Shown: one piece after another, positions 13,601 to 25,700 of the stretch
Layout: every line of letters starts with the position of its first letter
Numbering within the stretch: position 1 is the stretch's first letter
Origin: Azolla caroliniana
Lineage: Eukaryota > Plantae > Polypodiophyta
Direction of reading: 5' to 3'
Assembly: GCA_043228905.1 (NCBI GenBank)
Contig: JBHGNT010000001.1
Coordinates: 31,806,001 to 31,870,000, forward strand
Length of the DNA: 64,000 nucleotides
Position numbers and translations under genes: made by a program
Notes under the pieces: generated by a model
Databases searched by the model: none
Seen by the model: only the letters and a program-made list of their open reading frames with translations
Told to the model about the DNA's origin: nothing

Positions 13601-16600
13601 TTCTTTCAGAATTGCAAGTGAGAGAGATCTTTCCACATTTGCAGAAAAGGCACTTCTAGCTTGGAGATCATTTACCAAGGAGCATGCCATCAAACAGGCA
13701 TTAAACCGTTCCTCAGTTCTGCACTACAAATCAAGAACAGGGAGCTTGATACTGAAAAGTTGGAGACTATACAGCTACCTCTCGCAGGCATGCAGAGTTA
13801 TGCAACTCTCGTTTGTTTAACAACTGTGGTTTATCATTTCAGGTTTTGAAAGAATCTCTTGGCCTCATTTTATCCTATTGGTAATGCAGAGAAAGGACTT
13901 TATGAATCGGAAAGCAGAAATATTTTGGAGAAATTTCATTCTCCGCAAATTCTACAGAGCATGGGTAGACATGGTAAATAAGATCATATGCTTGACGTAA
14001 ATTTTGTTTCTATTGCTGTTGTTTGAATAACAAAATCTTCTTGCCTCCATTTAACAAGATACACATTATACCATAGACTTTACAAGGGTACATTATGTAC
14101 TTTGCAGTACTGCAATTATCAAGAAAAGCTTCAATATTTCACATTGACGAAGGTACGCATGGATTTTCAGTGTCTACACAATGTCTTATCTGCTTGGAGA
14201 AACTTAAGCCAGCAACAGATTACTCAACAAGATCACCGTATGGTTACGCATTCTGACTTCGAAATCTGAAAGTTTCATACAGACTGCTCTTTTTGTTTTG
14301 TTTTCCTTATAACTTGTTGTTAATACTATTGACAATATATTGTGAAATCTATAGTCAATTTCATACAAAATCGAGGGCGAGCAAGGATTCTGTATCAGAC
14401 AATTCATTTATGGATTTGGTACATACATAGGAAGAAGGTATTACTTTAAGTCAAATGTGCTTCAATCATGCTTATAAATAATAATGTTGGAAGATCTTTT
14501 AAATTGAAGGAAATGATCATTGCAGTGTTTAAGAGCTGCACATGAAATGCATAGACGTCGACGTCTCAAATTATTCCTTCATTCATGGGTTATTAGAGCG
14601 ATCCAACTAAAACAAAGAAGGGAAGCTGAAGACACAGTAAGCTTGAAAACCTTTGGTTGTCATTATCAGAGTAAAAATGCAACTTCACACTATTGAATTA
14701 TTGGTCTCTTTTGCTCAAGCATTTAGCAGTTTTAGAGAAACCTTTCTTGAAATTGAGAACGTCCTTTGCAGGTGAGAAATCATACATTCAACAAGGTTTG
14801 CAGAATAGCATTACTTGTTTGGCGTGATGTTACTGTCATGGTATGAATTAGACCATTCTGACTTCATCAGATTAAAAATGTTTATTTGCTCTTGGAATTT
14901 CTTATCAGCGTTCTGCACTCTGCAGGCAAGGCATGCTCGACTGAATCAAACATCTACTCTAGAGAGAATTCGTCTTTCTCGGGTAAGGAACACAGGTTAA
15001 ATTTATAAATAAAATGCTAGATGTCTCTAGAAGTTTCTTCATTTCTAAGTTAAATAAGCTTCTTCATTTCTAAGTTAAATAAGCTTCTCCTGCACAGATA
15101 ACCAGCACATTTTTCAAGTGGAAAGACGTGGTGAGAAGCATTAAAATTTCCCATGAAATTGTCAACAATTACATGCTTAGGCATAAACAGAAGGTCTTCC
15201 ATATCTGGTGAGTGAGAGAATTGACTTTGAATGGGAGTATCTTTGCAGAGACTATTTATAAAAATGCTTTAAAGTTTTGAAAGAAGTCAAACAATTCTTC
15301 AATAGTAAATTCATTGACTTTAATAATGTTATAGGTTTGAGGTCATTAAACAGCAGGAAAGGTTGACTGAGAGTCATATAGCTGTTGCATATATGCGAGA
15401 AAGGAGGACTGCTGGTGTAATATTTCAAAATTGGCTACAAAAAACACACCTGAAAAGAAGTGAGACAGAAAGAAACCATACAGCCCTTATCTTTCAACGG
15501 CAATGCATGTTTGTAAAAGTATTTAAAATATTTCAAGGCTGGATGCAAGATCGGCAAATGAAGAAAGGCTTTGCTTTGCTAGCTTGTGGTAAAATTCAGC
15601 ACATGTACATGAAATGGGCCTTCAGTTCTTGGAGGAGACAAATTGAAATTTATGCAAGAAGCCGAGCTGCATCCTACCACCTCGTAAGAGTGTCAAATCA
15701 GTATTTTCTGTCCCGTGTTCTTGAAGAAATGATGGAAGTTGTAGTGGAAAACGGGAGACTTAGAAGAGCGGTAAATCGATGGATAATATTCATATGCATT
15801 GTTTCTTCAATAATGCACAATTTAAATGACGTCATGTGTTTACATTATAGGCTTTTAGGGCATTTAGATTAAATAAGGAAGTAATCAAGGTGCAGAAGGT
15901 TTCCCTCTTGTTGCAACAACGCTCTCTCCATTCTCTTCTACAGGTTCTTCTTTTCATTCTTTTATTTAGTTTTCAATTTAAAAGCAAGTTGTTCCTCCAT
16001 TTTATCACTAACGGAACTGAAATAACCTTTCATTTGGCAGTACTGGAAAGGCAAGACAGTTTCCAGTGTTGATTATAGGAAAAATTTGCTAAAGAAGGCA
16101 TGGCAAGGATGGATTGCACATACTCAGGAATCGTATGTCAAATAAACAATAGAAAATTCAAATTTGAAGCATTTATTACTTAAATTGAAACTCATGAATA
16201 TATCCTTTCAAATAAAATAGGATGAAATTGCAATCATTAGGAGAAACTGTCTCCATGTGGCACTGCACATTCTTGGTAAGGCAATGCTGGCTACGATGGC
16301 AGTTTCAAAAAGTGGATGCTCAATATCAACAACAGTTTCTTCTTTTCAAGACAATGAGGGTATTTGTTTCATTCTTCTCGGTAGAAGTTAAAACTAGAAT
16401 GAGAGTACTCTTTGATGGAGAAGATAAAATAAAATAACCTATCATGTCAAGAAAGAAAGATTTCATTAATGTTTGTGAATGGCCTTGGAACTTAGCTTTG
16501 AAAACACACAAAACAAGGTATAGTGTTTAGTAAAACTCAGGTATGATCCATGTGAAATATGTGGTCAGAGCATGTAATGAAAAGGTAGTATTATAAACAT

Positions 16601-18977
16601 AACCTTAGGAACCAGTTCTAAAGCTAATCTTAATGGTTTAAGGGTCAACTCTCAAGAAACTTGAGTGAGGCAAAGTCGATGCAGTCTCTGTGATAACCCG
16701 CATCTAGAAGATTATCTCTGGATATTTGTGAGGAATCTCACGAATTTGCATCAATGACTAGTTTCCATGCCATCATAGGGAAGACCACGTTGATATCCAT
16801 GCTATATATCTGAAATCATCATTACATTCCTAACTTTGCACTCTGTTTAGATACTCTAGCTGCATGATCAATCTTGATCTCTAGCTGACGTGAAGAAAAT
16901 CTCCAGTATGATGTGGGATGAGGATGTCAATGTTGTGAGGTTACTAAATAAAACCCTGGTTTTAGAAAATTCTCTTTATAGTATGACATCTTAGTAAGAT
17001 GCACAATCCTAAAAATGCAAAGCAATATAAAGATTGTGATGACATATTGCCATCCAGAGCTGGCCAACATGACCCATCGGACCAACAATGATTACATAGC
17101 ACTCTTCCCAGCTGTTTAGATGAAGGTTTTTAAAAATGGTAGTGAAATAAAAACTAAAAACTGAAATATAAAACTAAGCTTATTTCCTGACTACACTATT
17201 TGGATCTTCCACGGGCAAAGGGCATTCCTAGTGTCACCAATGAAAGTTTTTTCCATGCTCGTTACAACCTTGTCGGAAGTTTTTGAAATTCATGCTTGAT
17301 GTCCTCATATTCGAAGCATTTCAATGTGACATGTTCTTCAATTGAGAATGTGTTTTAATTCAGGAATGGGTGAAGTATGTGAAATTGAAAGCTTTCTGGA
17401 GGTGCATGGAGCAGGATGCAAAACTTACCTTGTTGCAATTGCTACAAAAGCGCATCTTGTGGGCATGGCAAAGCCTCGTGAGTGAGATTTCTATAAGAAG
17501 AGAACAACATCAGCAAGAACGGTTCCTCCAACGTGAAGCAATAGGCCTGGCAAACAGGAAGTATGTAGATATAATGATAATGTTTCCTTTATATGTTTCA
17601 CTTTAGCATAGCATTATTTAACATTCTGATTATCAACTCTCTGAAACAGTGAGAGGAGACAAAAAACCGAAATGCTTTCAAATATTTTTAAAGCATGGCA
17701 AGCAAGGTTCCATCAGGCAGTAAATATATCTTCCTTCATGAAAAAAAGTGATAAAAAAACCAAAGAATGTGTGTGGTCATTGTGGTTGTCTATGGTTATG
17801 CAATCACATTCAGCAAAAACCCTACGGGATCAATGGATCAAAAAACTCCTCCACTCTACATTAGACAAATGGTGCAAAGCTTTCCATTATAATATTGAAA
17901 AGTTCAAGCGGAGGGAGGCTGATGCAGCTGCTTTCTCTGATCGAAAACGCATGTACACCACATGGTTTGAATGGATATCCTATGTGAGCTCCTGCAAAGA
18001 GAGGTTGAAGGTCTTACACGATTGTGTGGCACTTATCCAAAGCGGCCAATCTTGTAATTCTCTAAGGGATCTTATTCACATCTGGAAGGATTATACATCA
18101 GAGAGGTAAGCTAACATAATGCTCTGTTTGCTTAACAAATGAAGAATAAGGAGCTAGGCTTACTCAAACCATTAGCTATAATCTGAAAGAATTCTTAGGA
18201 TGCCCAAATACCATTGAATTCAGTTATAAAATTTTGTAAACGTTATTTAGAATTCTTAAACATTAGATGTGGTCATGAATTCGTAAGCAACTTTTAGAAT
18301 GCTTAAATAAAAAAGTTAGTTCATGAATAATAGGTTTTAAATGCTTTGATGGAATATATTATTATAGGAGCAAGAGGAGGGAGCAGTTGTGGGCTGCTGA
18401 AGCAGCTTATAAAAGGCATAAGCTTACTGATTACCTTGCTGCATGGCATCATTATACAGAAGCATCCAAAGACTCTGCGTCGTCATTAAGAGGCACTATA
18501 CAAGTGTACCAACAGAGAGGGAACAATCACATGAAGACCATGTCTAGTTCGAGATACAGGTTTAGCCAAGGCGTCAATCATAATGCATATGAAAATGATG
18601 ATATGGATTTCCATGTTGAGGCTGCCGATCCACGTGTAGTGATTGAAGAGGTGAACTCAACTGGGGAGGACATTTCTCAACCTTCAAGGTGGACTCGTCA
18701 AGTGCTCTTAGAAAATGAAGATTTATTGCCTCAGCCTTCAGACAACTATTATAGCACCAATACTACCCGCACCACTACTATCACTACCAATGGTATTCTT
18801 CATTGCTCACCACACTTGTTGGAAAGTGGACCTTTGTGGAACCCTTCAAGGTCTATCCAGTATGTGGGTGGTGAAGAGGAGAAGCATAACAATGGCAATG
18901 AGGGTGATGATGATGAAGAAGATTATGAGGATGAGGATGAGGATGAAGGAGATGTGGATGAATGGTCATTAGCATAA
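4607..18977 (+). CDS. SFI1: SFI1-like centrin-binding repeat protein (~38 exons, ~1,900 aa)
   Basis: Exons join in phase at GT-AG sites (one or two GC-AG), e.g. 4607-5249, 5842-5906, 6190-6246, 6348-6443, 6561-6851 ... 17650-18105, 18368-18977. A disordered N-terminus precedes LMDVLKAYDVVLHKHGM|DPAEDTFYYRMLLKLSLGSEKDWWKKL, which resembles the N-terminal block of Sfi1-like proteins. Dozens of basic helical repeats follow, ending in F/L-x-x-W-K/R (KIFYAWREW, KWAFSSWRR, NIFKAWQAR, PVFQQWKH), then an acidic C-terminal tail. Confidence 0.8.
15036..15087. repeat. 25-bp tandem duplication in an SFI1-like intron
   Basis: ttcttcatttctaagttaaataagc x2. Confidence 0.85.
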
Positions 18978-20460
18978 TAAAACATAAGGCTCCTTACATC
19001 CAATTATAAATACTGGAATTGTAACTAAGGTGGGATGCAGCCATACTATAGCTATAGTTTTACAATTTAGCATAGCCAGACCCATTTTTGTTATAAATAC
19101 CCTAATTTCAAACAACATGGAAACAATTCCAAACAGTTCTGGTTGGACTGTACATAGCTAGGTATATGCCAACCTCTTTGTTGTACCTTGGTGTTGGAAG
19201 GGTCCTACAGTAGTAGTTTAGCTAGGGGTTGATTTGTACAAGTTGAGTCTTCATTCTTTGAAAGGTATATTCTGACGATAATTGGCAATCCTCTTTTGGT
19301 TTAGCGCCATTTGGTCTGGTTTCTAATGGTTGAGAAATCAGTTGATAAAATGGTATTGTTTCTCTGATGTATAGCCACAATGGTGGTTGTGTAAGATCTA
19401 AGGTCTAATGTATATTTGCCAGATGTTTACAGATTCCGATTCTTTGTATAAAAAGAAGGATGTAGTAATGCAGTCAATATTAAATATGTTTTGTTTAACA
19501 GAAAGTTAGTCCATGATCAGATTTTGTGAACTGAAAATGTTATTAACCAATGTTTCGTATGTGACGTGACCTCAAAATTTTAATGAGTTTTTTTTTTCTT
19601 ATGTGTGTGCCTGTGCTATCACTTGCACATACATGTGGTACTAGAGTGGGTAATATTGCTTACAACCAAGCTTCATGCACATTGCATGTCAGTGTTGAAT
19701 GTTAATTAATGTATGTTATTCTAGTGACAACATCAACCACCAAGTGCTACCTCTTGGAAACCACCTACTGTTATTCTAGTGGAAACAAATTATTCAATGT
19801 TTGATTGATTGTTTCGCTCCCTTGTACCAATGTACATGTGTGAACCAATTGACCATTAACAATCCTCTTGTAGAAGTCATCCATGTATGCATTTCATGTC
19901 ATCATCAACTAATATTAGGCATGAATAGTGTGATATTTTATCAAATCAAATGGAACCGAACATTGAAATCAAACATATCATTTAATATGAACGAACTCAT
20001 TTTTACGTTGTTTCGGTTCAATTATCCATACAACCCTAGATTGACTGCATTACTACATCCTTCTTTTTATGAACAAGGTAGAAATGTTCTAATTTATGAA
20101 TAAGTTTCATAACAAGTTTATTGTTATTGAACAATTTATTATCATAGCTAAACAATACTCTCAACCTTTCTTGACCGTCAATCCCTAATCTTAACGTGTA
20201 TGTCTCATGGAGTGGCTCACCATCTCTTTGAAGAAGTTCAAACAAACTTTGGCAGCAGAATTCAGGAGCGGGATGAATTTCTTCTTATTAAATTCCATGT
20301 ATGTTATGTCAGTGTGTATCCCTATATAGCATACATATTGCTCCATTTCAATATGTACACATCCCTGTGTAGAATAAATATTGTTACATGTCGATGCATA
20401 TGATACATACACATTCCTACATATATATGCTATATAGGGATGTGTATCGATATATAGCAA

Positions 20461-20502
20461 TATATATATATATGTGTATGTGTGTGTGTGTGTGTGTGTG
20501 TG
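20461..20502. repeat. (TA)n(TG)n microsatellite
   Basis: tatatatatatatgtgtatgtgtgtgtg... Confidence 0.9.
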
Positions 20503-22188
20503 TTGATATGTAGCAATATGAATATGTTATCTAGGAATGTATGTGTACTGATATGAGCGTCGAGCGATACGATTGTTATGTAGGGGTGTATATGAATATG
20601 TAGGTTTTTCAAACTTTGCCCATGCTTGTCTCTTTTTGTTGGAGATGCTGATGAAAGCTCTAGCACTATTCGCTAGTGATACTGGTGTCATGCATAACTA
20701 TGATGATCATCTGACAACTTAGCATAAAATCAAGCATGGAATGTTAAATATTTGCATTGGTTTCTATGACCATTAAATGTGTCTTCTTTCCCAAATTCAA
20801 CTCTAACTTGCAAATTGTTGAATAATTTTCTCCAAAAGATATGGCATCAACAAAATGAAACATTAGTTGCACTAATAATCTATCCATTAGTGGACTAATT
20901 GTTTTTGTGATATCATCTTAAATTGGATGGCCTGCATAGTGATGGTGTCTTGCATAATTGGATCTCGTAGAACCTAAGAAAGGACTGGTCTCAAGTGATG
21001 TTGCCTTGCATAGTTGCCTGCACTTATTATTTCTCGCATTAAAATGAGATCATAATCTTCATAGGGCTGTTAACATGGCTAAAATAAACCTTGATGCTAT
21101 TTAGATCTCATGCAAGGAAAACAAGAGGAATCCATTGTTAGCAATAGAACAACATTATGTTAGCCTTGCATGAAGCCTACGCATGGTGTGGCTAAATTTT
21201 TGTTGTTATGGGCAGTGTTTTAGTGTTGAGTGAATGGTGTTCCTTCCTGGTCCACCATAGAAAATGGACTGGTGGTTAGTGTTGAGTGAATGGTGGTTAT
21301 TTGGGTTGTGCAAATTGTACAAATAACGTACACAAAATGTTGCTGTTGATGATGATTTCAATAGCTCATTTGTTGTATAAGAAATTTTATTTTATTTATT
21401 TCCAAAACTGTGTAAGCAAATTAAAAAATTTCCTTCCAAAACTGTGTAAGCAAATTTAAGTATTTATAGTGGACATCTACACGTGTAAACATTTTAAAAT
21501 TGTAAATCTATCATCTACGGTCAAAAGATAATTGAATTCTGGAGTAATGAATGTTTCAATAGAGGTGCTAATCTTGATTGACAATTTCTCATCATTATCG
21601 TCATCATGCTCGAGTTATATGTTATTGTCATATTTCTTTCAAGAGATGGCGCATCTACAATGAGGTTTTATTTTAGTCTGCTGATTATTCTTTGCGAGCA
21701 GAATTATGTCCACAATATATAATATATAAATACCTACACCTTTTCAACCAAAAAGTCAGTACCTTTTAAATGTTCTCAAGTTACAAGAACCTTTGAGAAA
21801 TTGTGTATCTATTTTAAGTCAAGAATCAAGTCAAAAGTAGTGTGTATCCAGCCAGGTATTTAACTCATTTTGAACTTCGAATGGTTTAAGGGGCATCATA
21901 TTATTTAAAAGTTAAGGTGCCATACTTTCTCTACATCTTTTTTATTAAAAAATGAGCATTTTTTTTGCCCTGCTTCACATGGGTACATGCCATGCCCTTT
22001 TTAATTCTTCGAGAAGTGTTATTCAATTGTCTTAAAACTCAAAGCTATTATTGTCGGTTGGCTTTGTTTCTCCACAAGAATCTTAAAAGATTATCAAAAT
22101 TACAAGACTTTTTATACTTATATCTACCAATTATACTAAAAGAAATTAGATATTTACATATGTGAATAACACTTTAGAATGCTCGCTC

Positions 22189-22495
22189 CCATGAAAGCAC
22201 ACACTTGGTTTGGCAAACTTGATTATCTATGGGTTGATCCTAGCTTATTAAGTTGACGTTCAAAGACCTTGGACATCAACCTGAACCATACCTTGCCTAA
22301 AATTAGAGAGTTCAAAAAATAAACCATTGGTCAGGATTTGATGACATCTTTTCGAATGGCCTTGAATATATTGCATATGCCTTGCCCACTTTTAGCAAGG
22401 AATGATATAGAGATTAGATTAGGGAGCTCACTATTTAACTACATTAATTGCAAAGCTTAATTAGGAAGCTTACGTAGGGTCCAACAAGATTTTTC
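22189..22495. repeat. Dispersed ~300-bp repeat, copy 1 (TE/LTR-like remnant) downstream of MRS2
   Basis: aagcacacacttggtttggcaaacttgattatct...gacgttcaaagaccttggacatcaa...tagagattagatta...tccaacaagatt aligns by eye with 27764-28090 in the same orientation. Confidence 0.85.
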
Positions 22496-22795
22496 TTGAA
22501 AACTTCAATCCCAAGGTGATAAGTAAATAACATCTGACAGGAAAGGTTTTGTATACACTACATACATCTTATTCTCCATTTACCTCATGGTTTCCAAATA
22601 TCAAATTATTGATTGCTACTTAAATATCACAATATGTCAATATAACTAAAGAAAATTGGCAGAGAAATGAAAAAGAGGAAATCATTTCATAATATGCTCA
22701 ATTTCAAAATTTCTCGAGTCAATACATTTGTTAATCTCTTGCCCTTCAGGGAAGGATTGAAACTTGGTGCTGGTTAAGAGAAATACATAAAATGC

Positions 22796-25700
22796 TCAGT
22801 TTCCAATAAGCCCTCTATACCGGGCATAAGACATGACGCCAAAAAATATGCTAGCGCAAACAATACCAGTGATAGAAACCACCTACAAATCAGTAAACTA
22901 CTTCGTTAAAGAGAACAAGATGTTTTATTGGCAGCAAAAACTACAAGAATGCTCTATTTAAATATCATTACCCATTTGAACACATAGCCGTATCCATTAT
23001 TCCAAGTATATGGAATATTCATGCCAAAGATTCCAGCAACAGCAGCAAAAAGTGCCATAACAACAGTCCCTGCACTGAGAACTAGCTCCAACTGAACAGA
23101 ATCCACAAAATCCTTTTTCATTTGATGGAATAAAATTATCTAATGAATGACATTTTGACATACCCCACCCACCCAAAATTATCTATAACATACCTGAATG
23201 AGTTGATTCCGGTGATTATCGAGCTGCAAGCATTTTTTATAATCAATACAAATATGTTTTAGTATATATTTTCAAAAAGGAGAATTATAGAAGTCAAATT
23301 ATGGTCGGAAATTATTTGGACTCACAATCTTGATTAAAAATTATGTTACATAATGCATTTCAGTTTAAAACTTTATTTTGGTTGTTTTTAATAAAAATCT
23401 TAGGGAGTACTTTTGACGTTTTTAATAAAAATATTTTGAAGTACTTTTGATGTTTTCATAAAAATATTTAGGTGAGTTATTATTTTGGCCTTTATTTGTG
23501 CATGCTTCTGCAATACAGCTTCACCTTGCCTCTCTCATTCCCCCTCCTCTCCATCTTACCTCTTGCTATCTGGATGCTACTCACTATGGAAGAAAAGAGG
23601 GAGACGAAAATAATATCCACAGTATGTTCATGCATGGCTCTGCTTGGTTGCATGGTAAGGTGCCAACAAAATGGAAAACAAGGAAGACAAAGGCTTCGTG
23701 GAAAGATGCCCTTGATAGTGCCCCTACTATCTCTATTTTCGGGCACAAGTGTTATGAATCATACTAATGAAGTGCAAGATAATGAGAGAATAAGGAAAAA
23801 AAAGGGATTGCGGGTGTTTTAACTACACCAACCACCCCCATGTGAAGGACATGCTATAAACATAGAAAATCATCGCCGACCAGCCCATTCTATTATACCT
23901 AGGTAATTGAATACCAGATCCAAAGAAGAGAGGTTAGACTCATCACCTGAATCTCAACAGCAGCTCAAGTTGCCATAATGAAGGGATTTGCTAGCCCCTT
24001 TCATAGCCCTACGGCTCCCATGACTGTGACATGTTCCCACATGTCATGTGTCCTTATGGATTTGTCCCAAGTCCTAGGATAACTGGTTTCCCATTTATCA
24101 ACCAATTGGGCATCCTATACAAAAGTTACAGCAATTTCTTTAACAATATTCAATGGGTGTTTGGACAAGGAATTACTATCATCTCAAGAGTCTCGTTTTG
24201 TTTTTCATTTCCTTCAACTCTGGGGATCATGATAAAATCGGCAACTTTGAAATGTATTTCTTTTCAATGCACAGCTTGTATTGTTGGGCTTGTCTGCAGG
24301 TTGACAAGGCTTCTTTTGGATATATCTTCCATCAGAGAAGGGGTGGCAAAGCATATTATAATTCATCACATAAAGTGAAACAATTGCCTATGTGACTTTC
24401 TTTATTTCTCGTTTGATTATGATCCATGGAGAACAATGCCTCATAACAATTTTAAGTATCCTTATCTGTTCGATATAAGGAGAGAATTATAGAGAAACAG
24501 AGAAATCATTAATAGCCTTTCTAATCTCTTCTTGATGAGATTTGAGCAGACATTTTTTGACAGAGTGTATAAAAGGATTCTTTTAGGCCTATTTTCTATA
24601 TCCAAGTTTCAAAGGCATACTCTAATAATTATTCCCAAAAGCAAACATGAAAAATTTCATCAGTCTTTGACATACCTGGATGTTGATGTAATCCTCCGTG
24701 TCATCAATGTATTCTCGAAGCTGAGAGAGACCCATGTTGATTGGAAGTTAACTACACGCATGCTAAAACAAAATAAAACTTCTTCGTAGTTCACGTTGAA
24801 AACAAAACTAACCGTAATGAGTTTGTTGAGAGTTCCATCAATTTGCATGAAGTACGCCTACAAAGAGTTGTATCACTTTCCAGATGTCATATGTAGTAAT
24901 AATATATATTCATCATATTATACTCTATTATTTTGCTCACATTGCGTTAGGCAATGTGTATTGCTTTGAATCTGTGGTTTGTAGAAAGTGACATGTAAAG
25001 CCACATTTTACAAGTACCTTAGAGGGGTGCATTATCTCAACCTAGAGGTAAGATGTAAAGAATTTTTCTAATCGATGCAAAACATCAAACCAAGTGCTCA
25101 AGACTTGAACTCACAAAATAAGGTTAACCTTCATCAATCTGGGAGTTTTCAAAATCTCTTGCATTGTGCATAAAGGTAATGCGCATTGGTTTCACAGTGG
25201 GCTTTAGCATGTAGTGGTTTATATATACTATGAAAAGCATACCTCCAAAAGCATTTCAATCTGTTCAACATCATTATCGGCACCATACGTTCCTGCGCTG
25301 GCTCTGCTTGCTCGAGAAATTCTAGATCCAATGGTAGGAGATGCAACAATCCAATTGGGAGGTAAAGAGCCACCTTGAGGAGAAAATGCACTTGCTTGCT
25401 TTCTGCTAAGGAAAAGATCAGCCATATCACCATCATCATCCAAAAGTTGCTCCAATTCATCACGAACCTAAACCTCAAAAATTCAACCCAACGAGGAAAG
25501 ATAACTTCCAATTTAGCATAAATTCTACACGAATAAGTTGAGACCTGGAAATTAACCGCTCGATAGAAAGGCTATTGTCTCATACCTTTTGTACACGAGA
25601 AGTTAATCTTGTCATCCCACTCTTTAGCTTCCGAACAAGATCTAAATTACGGCTACTGATCTACCGAAATTACAGAAGTTAAAACAGCCAAAAGTTATTA

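Noticed and set aside
23480-24400. Possible LINE reverse-transcriptase remnant in an MRS2 intron (also 12540-13130 in SFI1-like)
   Set aside because: Only a vague motif resemblance ([10 protein letters not shown]), which is not supportable without a search.
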